Shown: piece by piece, positions 55,234 to 64,000 of the stretch | How the letters are laid out: every line of letters begins with the position of its first letter | Position numbering within the stretch: the stretch's first letter is position 1 | Source: Octopus sinensis | Taxonomy: Eukaryota | Direction: 5' to 3' | Length of the DNA stretch: 64,000 nt | NCBI RefSeq assembly: GCF_006345805.1 | Contig: NC_043005.1 | Location: forward strand, 72,292,001 to 72,356,000 | Position numbers and translations under genes: made by a program | The notes under the pieces: model-generated | What the model saw: the letters and a program-made list of their open reading frames with translations, nothing else | Databases searched by the model: none | What the model was told of the DNA's origin: nothing

Positions 55234-56681
55234 AGCATAGAAGGCCCAACCAAGAGCTTGTACTCCCTTGGTATAACTCTCAGGTCTTTGAAGCACACAT
55301 ACTACTATACAATTTTTTCTAATATGTAAACTTACACACCAGGCATGAAATTAGTAGAATCATTAGAACAGCAGACAAAATATTTTGTGGTGTTTAATTA
55401 TGGTCTCTTCTAGGACTAGAAAATGAAATACCAGTCATATACTGAGGTCAATATAATCAGTTATACCTACCCAACAATTATATATTAGAAATTCATTTTT
55501 GCATGTACATTATGTTTTAATCAGTTTGATTTCTGATTATCATCAGGTTAGTTATTTCTGAGTATGTACATAATACCAAACTGTATTCAAATTATGACCT
55601 TTTATTTATAAGCTAAGTGTAATAAGGCTATTATTCACTGTGCCATCAATGCTTGTACAGATGTCTTTTGTCCCTTGATTGAATCCAGTCCAGTATTATA
55701 TAATATACACATCCACGAATAAGGCTGCTGATACGGATTGTGGATCTAGTTAATGAACATGTAGTGTAGTTGTAAATATTAAAATATTATCATAAGTTTC
55801 ATCTCTAAGGTTGAGGCTAATTGCCTGAAAAATTATATTTTCAAGTCTGTTATGATAGTTTAAGTTCATGACGATAGTAGCAGTATAAATTTGTAGGTTT
55901 CATCAAAGGAAAATATATCTATTGAAGATTTAAATCATCTGCTGGCATTTCTGTTGATTTTCTCCTTGCTTTGACAGTTGCCTTCCCATGAATTCTTGTC
56001 ACTCCTTCCTATCCTCTTCCATCTTCTTCCTATTTCTTCATTGTCATGATTTTTTTTTTACTCCCACTTCCTCTTCTCCCCATCTATTCACCTAGTACTA
56101 CCAGTAAATAACTCATTTCTCTCCAAAGAAATGTTCCGCCCCAAGCATTAGACTTCTCTTCTTCTGGCACAATAATTTATTCCACTGTGTGAACTTTTTA
56201 TATCTTTTGAAGAAGAGCTTACAGTTCCAGTGTGAACGCGGGGGATTTTAGATTTCACATTAGTAGTTATTTGTGAATATATATATAAAAAAATGAAGTC
56301 TGGTATTGACTGTAGCTTTGATTAAATTCTATTGTTGCAATGTGCAACACACTAATATATTGGAAATTTTCCCAAATATTTGTGTAAATTTATTTCTGTG
56401 AATTTTGTAAAGAAATAGCTTCTTTGATAAACCAGAACCATATTTATAAAATGACTTAATAACATACACAGCACAAATAACTTCGACATCTGCTCAAAAC
56501 AAGGAATAATGGTAACTAAATTTCAATCTCCTCCTGATGTACACTGCTAAATAATTCTGACATTGTTTATTAATCTTATTATAATTTAACACCACTTTTG
56601 ACCCTAAATAAAATAATATTGACCTATCAGATTCTCCATTATAGAAATGCTGCCTTGAGAAATGTTCTAAAACTAAACAAG

Positions 56682-56721
<40 letters not shown>

Positions 56722-56891
56722 GCATTCACACATATATATGTACATATATGTGTGTGTGTATTTATATATGTACATAAAAATAGCCGTATTGCGTTAATAC
56801 CTTGACATCCTTGTTACTTATTTGATGTATATATAAATATATATAGTCATATGTACATATATATATATGTGTGTGTGTATATATATATATA

Positions 56892-56919
56892 CTAGCTGAT
56901 GTACCCAGTAATTACCAGG
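56892..56919 (-). mobile_element. Helitron-type 3' terminus
   Basis: Minus strand: imperfect palindrome CCTGGTAATTACTGGG, 8-nt spacer, then CTAG followed by T. Confidence 0.55.
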
Positions 56920-57229
56920 AAAGAGGGGCTTTATCCCTTGGTTCCATTCTCATATTTGTTTCGCTAATCCAATAACAAAAATAAAAAGTATGTCGCCCTT
57001 AAAATGGATTTTGTGCATTTACAGAGAATACCAAATTGCCTTAAGGAATTCCCAATAAGTTATGAATACTCAAATAGTGAAGTATGTTATGTAATAAACA
57101 TGAAAGTTGTTACCCAATAGTAAGAATTCAAGTAAAGTAGCCTCCAAAAAGCCTTTAATGTGTTTCCAGAGTATATAAAACATAGGAGGAAATACTAATA
57201 AGGTATGTATACTAAAAGCGTGAAGCATG

Positions 57230-58060
57230 TTACATAATAACAGGCAGAAAAAAACAATATGCTTTTAAATGAAGATATGTTCAATTTGAATCACTTTAGA
57301 AAAGAGGAAACTCAGAAATTACCATATGCTCTCCCTTGGGCAACTCCCTAGTGTCATCCAACAACGCCAGAGACCTTGGAATAATTACAGATAATGGTCT
57401 AAGCTGGAGTTCTCATATAAAAAGCAAGGTAGACTTGGCCCGCAGTGCTCCTGGATTCTGAGAACTTTCCAGTCTAGAGATCCTACACCATCATCCTTCT
57501 CCACACTACTTTTGCCTGACCCCCATCTTCAATACTGTTGCCCACAGTGGTCTCCCCATACGATGCAACTCATTATGACTGTAGAAGCACTCCAGAGGTC
57601 AATAACAAGAAAGTTAGACAGCATGAGAGGCATTGATTATTGGGGTCGATTAAAAAAACTCAATCTCAACTCTCTCCAATTCCGCCGGGATTGCTACAAC
57701 ATTTGTGTTATTTGGAAAATATTCCATCAATATTGCACAAATGATGTTGGCATCAATTTTAAAATTCCTCCAAGTCTTGGCCCCCATGCTATCCACCCAC
57801 TACAAAAATCAAACTCGGTACACATAGTAACATTACGTCACAATTACTTTATCTCAACCAGTCCAGCACTATTTAATACCATACCAAAATACGTCAAAAC
57901 AGAAATGGATCCCATAAAAGTCAAATGTTCACTGGACAAATTTCTTCAAAAAATCCTACACCATGATATGTCTCCAACAATAATAACTCTTTGCTAGAGT
58001 GGGCCATGGTACTTCATATATGACTAAAAGACTTCACCATGTGGTGCTGTTAAATTAGAC
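57230..58060 (+). pseudogene. CR1-clade LINE ORF2 C-terminal fragment (downstream of the RT domain)
   Basis: RDLGIITDNGLSWSSHI, then ORF 57512-57997 PHLQYCCPQWSP..VEALQRSITR..YWGRLKKLNLNSLQFRR. These are classic CR1 motifs, here frameshifted. Confidence 0.9.
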
Positions 58061-58309
58061 ATGGCCTGGACCTATACTGGTTGAAACCTATCACACTTAT
58101 CAAAGTTAAGTTACATATAAATAATATACATAACTTTATATGTATATACATACATACGTCTATATATATATATATTATAAAACCCATGCTAGCATGGAAA
58201 GCAGACGCTATGTGTTGATGATGATGATGATGATATGCATATATATATATATATATATATGTATATATTTTTATATATATACACACACATATATATATAT
58301 ACATACATT

Positions 58310-58354
<45 letters not shown>

Positions 58355-58583
58355 GTATATATACATATATAAATATATATATATACGAATATATATAAAT
58401 ATGCATATATGTATATATATATATATATATATAACTATATATATATATATAATGGAATCGGCGGCTTATATTTATTTGCTGCCGATAAATTTGGCGCGAG
58501 TGCGATGATTTGAAAATTTTAGGTCAGATATTGCCGAGGCAGGGACAGAAATGCCTCGTGAAAATATCTGTTCCGATCTGGCT

Positions 58584-58690
58584 ATTTCTTACTGACGAAT
58601 CTAAGGGCCTATGGAAGATTGGCTTGATTTAATTTAATCAGGTTAGTTTACCATTAAACAGTAGATGAAACGGTGCATCGTATAAGAAAT
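58584..58690 (+). ncRNA. Type I hammerhead ribozyme
   Basis: Stem I ATTTCTTA (58584-58591)/TAAGAAAT (58683-58690); core CTGACGA (58592-58598); stem II ATCTA/TAGAT (58599-58603/58662-58666); GAAA (58667-58670); stem III CGGTGCATCG; cleavage triplet GUA, with the predicted cut after 58682. Confidence 0.8.
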
Positions 58691-58904
58691 TACAGGGTAA
58701 ATGTTTTTTAAATTTCTCCTGGTTTACGGAATTAATGTTATTTTGCGGTTGAAGCTTTGGCTGTTATTTCTAGTGGGTGAATGGCCTATTATGGCCGTTC
58801 CTTGATTGTGATATATATATATATATATACATTTATATGTATATATATATATACATATATATGTATGTGTGTATATATATATATGTATATATACATATAT
58901 ATTC

Positions 58905-58936
<32 letters not shown>

Positions 58937-59114
58937 ATATTGAAGTCAGAGAGAGAGGAAGCTAAGCAAGATTTGCATCAGTAAACAAGTCTTTAACTTC
59001 ATTTACAGCCTTTCGGTCTCACTTCTTATTTCTTTGAAGAACAGTTCTGCCTGAAACATCAGTACTTACCTCTCATCATATCACATGAACTGTTTTATTT
59101 CACACATGATCATA

Positions 59115-59191
<77 letters not shown>

Positions 59192-59299
59192 TACATATGT
59201 ATATATACTTACATATATATATATATATAATATATACACGCACACACATGCCCATGTATATATACAAACAAATATATATATATATACACACAGACATAC

Positions 59300-59336
<37 letters not shown>

Positions 59337-59911
59337 TATACACACAACCAAGCACACACACACACACTCACGCACACATATACATACATACAAACATATA
59401 TAAGCATATATAAGTGTGTGTGTGTGTGTTAGTGAACATGAAAGACAGTAGCATTCAACACATTTGGTAGGAGTTGCATATAAGTGGTTGGGGTTAAAAA
59501 ATAATGCAATTTCTATTTATTTATTTCTTTTGACTCAGCTGCACATGACATGAAGTTTCACGGATACATAAAACCTATCATCTGCTCTTTGTGTCTGATG
59601 AGACCAGGTGGTGCATTGTTCTGTGGTGTAAAACATATAATCTCGCATTGCTCTGCAATCACTTCAACACCCACCTGACACATGGCCCTCTGCGCATCTG
59701 TTTAGGCAATAATGATTTGATGGATGGAGGGAGTGTGTTGATGTAAAGTACATACATTTGATTATTATAAAAAAATTTGTGGAGGTCACTCAGCAAAAGC
59801 TGAACACCCATATGTCATCTTTGACAGGAGAAACCATCACACACACACACACACACACACACTTGTCTAGCTAGTGTGGAAAAATTGATTGATGAATGAA
59901 TTATATATATA

Positions 59912-60485
59912 TTGGGTTGTCCGGAAAGTTTGTGCCGATTTTTTAAAAGAAAGAGAAAGGTTAATAAATACTTGCCATTACCCAAGCCTTACCAGGTGTT
60001 CATGAACAACGGATTTTGATAGGTTGAGGCTTTCTGCCAATTCTCGGGTTGTGCAATGTGGGTTATTCTCAATTAATGACTTGATTTGGTCATCATCTGT
60101 AGTGGATGGTCTGCCTGATCGCTCTTTATCAATAACGCTACAATCTCCAGTTCGGAACCTTGCGAACCACTTCTGTACAGTTCTTTTGGATAAAGAATCA
60201 TCACTGTAAACTGCGCATATTTCTTTGGTTGCTTGTGAAGCATTTTTCCTTTACGGAAAAAGAAAAGCATCAAGTGCCGAAAATGAACTTTCTTATCTTC
60301 CATTTTAAAAGGTTACAGAATTAACACAGGTTACAGGAACATCAACCTTCTTCCACGAAAAAATAGCTTAAACTGTGCTCTAAATGGAGTTGTAGTCAAA
60401 TCCTATTTTATGGACTCAACCATATTCTAAAATAAGTCGAATGGTAAGCTACTATAAATTGGCACAAACTTTCTGGATAACCCAA
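59912..60485 (-). mobile_element. Internally deleted mariner transposon
   Basis: ~30-bp TIRs TTGGGTTGTCCGGAAAGTTTGTGCCGATTT / AAATTGGCACAAACTTTCTGGATAACCCAA with TA TSD. Frameshifted transposase N-terminus MEDKKVHFRHLMLFFFRKG..TVQKWFARFRTG..RSGRP at 60303-59978. Confidence 0.92.
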
Positions 60486-61494
60486 TATATATATATAGCT
60501 GTGGCTGTTGCCAGTGCCGGTCGACAGGCATGTTTGAGCATGTTGCCAGTGTCATGTCAGGGGCACCCATGCCGATGGCACATAAAAACCACTATCTGAA
60601 TGTGTGGCCAATGCTGATGTCACATCAGTGGCACCCATGTTGATGGCACATAAAAAGTGCCATTTGAGTGTGTGACCATTGCTGGTGTCACATAAGAAGC
60701 ACCTACTATACTGTTGGACTGGTTGGTGTTAGGAAGGGCATCCAGCTGTAGAAGCCATGCCAAACCAAACTGGAAACTGGTGTAGCTCCCTAGCTTACCA
60801 GTTTTTGAGTCAAACCACCCAACCCATGCCAGTATGGAAAACAGATGTTAAATGATGATAATATATATATATACATATATTTATATACATATTTGCGTGT
60901 GTATATATATGTACATATGTATGTGTATATATGTATTATGTAATCCTCCTCCGCAACATCATAATCATTTTACATATGCTTTTCAGTGCAAGCACAGGTC
61001 TGTCTTCATGGAAAAAGCTCTTATTCAAAGTTATGGCCCTCTTGCATATGTCAGGAACTATGACTAGTTTTGCACATAACATAAATATTTTGCTATATAT
61101 TTACTACTGGATGCCCTTTCTCTCACTAATCCCTTTACTGAATGCACTGAGAGTAACACTGTATTTATAACATTCCATATTTTTAGATACTCTTATTAAT
61201 TATGTCTTAACATTGTTGTGAATGGACTCCAATCACCCCTATGAGACTAAAAGTGGACTGATGCATTTCAATGAAATAAAAAAACTTGAGTTGACAGCAG
61301 CAACTGTTTGCAGGCAGTTCACTGTGAGCTGTTGGCAGAGAGTGTTTAACCTCATATAACAGTAATCGTAGTGTGTCATGTAAATACTTCTTTTCCCCTG
61401 CTTCATTAAATTATTTATCCAACACCAGGATATAAAAAACATATTATATGACGTTTTAAATCTTCCCTGTCATTACAACAGGATAGATGTGTCA

Positions 61495-62048
61495 TATCTT
61501 TTACTTGTTTCAGTTATTGGACCGCAGCCATGCTGGGGCAGTGCTTTGAAAGGTTTTTAGTTCAACAAATTTCTCCCAGGACTTATTTTTGTAATGTTTG
61601 ATATATATTTTTATCAGTCTCTTTTTCTGAACTGCTAAGTATTGGACATGTAAACAAATCAACACCAGGTGTCAAGTGGTGGGGGACAGACACAAATACA
61701 AGCACATACATACAGATGCATACATACATACATTCATACACACACATACACATACATATGCACATATACGCATACTTACACACACATACATTCACGCACA
61801 TACATATACATACATAGACATGCATACACACATATGTACATACACACATACACTCATGCATACACACATTCATACACACATACATAGACACACACATACA
61901 TACACATGCATACACACATCATAATACATGCATACACACATCATAATACATACATACATACATACATACATACATACATACATACATACATACATACATA
62001 CATACATACATACATACATACATTCATTCATTCATTCATTCATTCATT
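61495..62048 (-). mobile_element. SINE family A 3' part plus expanded (CATA)n
   Basis: TTTTACTTGTTTCAGT..GCCATGCTGG motif followed by microsatellite. Confidence 0.7.
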
Positions 62049-63042
62049 ATGAATCCAGTAAAAGAGAAAATTCCTTGACCTGTAATATGTGTAAAAAAGT
62101 AAATATTTGTATATTATTTTGAGATGAAAATATTGCAAAGACAAGATAAATTGAATCTAGTTGACGGAGAAAATTTTAAATTACTTCATAATTATTCAAA
62201 TTAATGTAACTTGAACCAAGTGAACTTCTAATTAGAAAGTGGAATATTTAATCAAACTCTAGCATTGAAGTCAAAATCACGAAATGAAAAGCTAGTGTTT
62301 GGGGAAATCCTAAAACATCTGTAAAGATTTGTAATTAATAATAAATCATTTATTTATTTTATAATATTTTTAAATGTTATTGACAAGTCATACTAGAAGC
62401 GATGGCAGCAAGTGGGAAAAAAATATGGGGCAAGGTATTTCTCTATGTTGTTATGTTAGTTGGGGTGGGCTTTGCTGAACAAATAGCTAAGAAGATGATT
62501 GATAGTTAGGAAGGGGACAATTTGAAAGTACTCATAAACCGAACGTCTGCAGAGAAAAACAGATGTAAAAATGTGATTAATGATGTTAATGACTGAAATA
62601 AATAAGAAATAAATGTTAATTAGTTACATTAAAATTGATGGCAAGGAAGACAGTTGGGTGTATTTAACAAAGATTCAAGATGAATTAACATCTGCACACA
62701 TTTCTTCCATCAATATATACTGTTGTGGTCGAGGTATACAGTGTCAAATGTAATGATTGATGGAGCCAGGATAAAATTCAGAAATAAAACAGTCAAAGGT
62801 CACAGAACAAGATTATCAGCAACAATTCTATCACTGAGACATAAATTTTCTGTTGTTAATATGGGTGATGCTATTGATGCAAGTTGCAGCTACTTAAGTC
62901 AGTGTATTAGAGATGAGCTTCTGAAAGAATTGTAATATTTTGTTTCAATGCTGCTAGATTTTTTCTTCAACATTATTATTACTAGCATCATGTTTTTGAT
63001 AGTAGCTGCTTTACCAATATGGTTTAAAACTTGACATTTTAA

Positions 63043-63366
63043 CCCTTTTGTGACCACATTTAAAGAAACAGACTGACAACGTGGTTTAATTACTTTTGAA
63101 AATAATCAAGAATTTAACGTAAGAACCTTTTGTTAGCTTACATTTCAAACACAAGCTTTAGAATGGAAAACAGAAAACAGTCGTTTTATTAAACAATTAA
63201 CTTTTTGTTTAGTTATAAAGCTAGTGTTTGGAACATAATATAACAATAGTTTCTCACATTAAATTCCAATGAAAGGTTTTAATTTTGAAATGAATAATTT
63301 AAAACATGTGGTTTTTATATTATAAAACCAAGGGTGGTCTCAAGCTGTTTGATATCAAAAAAGGGG
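63043..63366. mobile_element. piggyBac-type MITE
   Basis: TTAA|CCCTTTTG...AAAAAGGGG|TTAA, related to the 13442 copy. Confidence 0.7.
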
Positions 63367-63562
63367 TTAAACCTTCTTAAAAATTAGTCATTATATAATA
63401 TTCAGTTTCTTATCTCTACTGCTTCAGCATTTATATACAAATAAAAAAAGTATATCTCTCTTTGTCCTTATCCCATAGTGTTTTATCTCTGAAAGACTGA
63501 TCTATTTGTTGGGTAAACATTAGTGATGTTTTTGCGATAGAAAACAAAATGTGATTTCATAA

Positions 63563-63750
63563 TACTTTTGCTACCACCCTGCCTGAATCTGCCCCTGGTT
63601 GGTTCAACGATACAAAATTTCTATTTTAAAGTGTTTTAAATTAAAATCTGAAATCAAAACTTCTAAGTTCTTTGACTAATTTCTTCATTGTTTCCAAAAT
63701 TAATTCAAACATAAGGAATGTATTTCAACAGAAATATGGTAACAAAAGGG
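63563..63750. mobile_element. piggyBac-type MITE with decayed left end
   Basis: Ends ATGGTAACAAAAGGG|TTAA, and the body resembles 13442-13664. Confidence 0.6.
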
Positions 63751-63862
63751 TTAAAGTGACCTAAGTTTAAGCTTTCTGTCGAAATTTTACATTGATGGCA
63801 GCAAAGACAGTTGGGTATATTTCCAAACAGTAGCTTAATAATGACAGTTCTTTTACAGAATT

Positions 63863-64000
63863 CATCATCATCATCATTTAACTTCCGCTTTCCATGCTAG
63901 AATGGGTTGGACGATTTGACTGACTCCAATCTGATCTGGCAGAGTTTCTACAACTGGATGCTCTTCCTAACGCCAACCACTCCGAGAGTGTAGTGGGTGC
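63863..64000 (-). mobile_element. Family E element, cut by the window end
   Basis: (CAT)n tail and conserved body. Confidence 0.8.

Noticed and set aside
55735-55752. 12-nt match to miR-279 (ACTAGATCCACA on the minus strand)
   Set aside because: Seed position 2 differs, the 3' half diverges and the precursor hairpin is weak.
59003-59065. TTGAAGA..GAAACATCAGTA and antisense GACCGAAAGGCTGTA fragments
   Set aside because: Too degenerate, with weak stem II and no stem I. They may be relics but cannot be supported.
59595-59645. CTGATGA hammerhead candidate
   Set aside because: No GAAA in register and no stem I or III; the downstream bases pair elsewhere (CAGGTGG/CCACCTG).
62723-62935. 70-aa non-repetitive ORF
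   Set aside because: Non-ATG start, no clear splice signals and no recognisable domain.

Overview
AT-rich, repeat-dense eukaryotic DNA. The tRNA-derived SINE families and the abundant (TA)n/(CA)n/(TATC)n/(AAT)n microsatellites look like an Octopus (coleoid cephalopod) genome; this is inferred from recognising the repeats. No intact protein-coding gene is visible. Almost all ORFs in the track are microsatellite or SINE read-throughs. The real coding remnants are transposon fragments (mariner, CR1 and RTE LINEs), and a few short candidate exons suggest the window may lie in large introns. The most notable signal is an apparently intact type I hammerhead ribozyme at 58584-58690 (+). It has a large multibranched stem II and a near-palindromic stem III, and sits in a ~360-nt structured island embedded in (TA)n. 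Several decayed or variant hammerhead-like motifs and other hairpin-rich islands flanked by microsatellites suggest a dispersed ribozyme-carrying retroelement class (Penelope-like or retrozyme-like). Other points of interest: a ~70-bp foldback hairpin built on an RTE remnant, a hairpin-containing minisatellite, hAT, piggyBac and mariner MITEs with TSDs, and a possible Helitron capture of a CR1 fragment. All structures were paired by eye, not computed.
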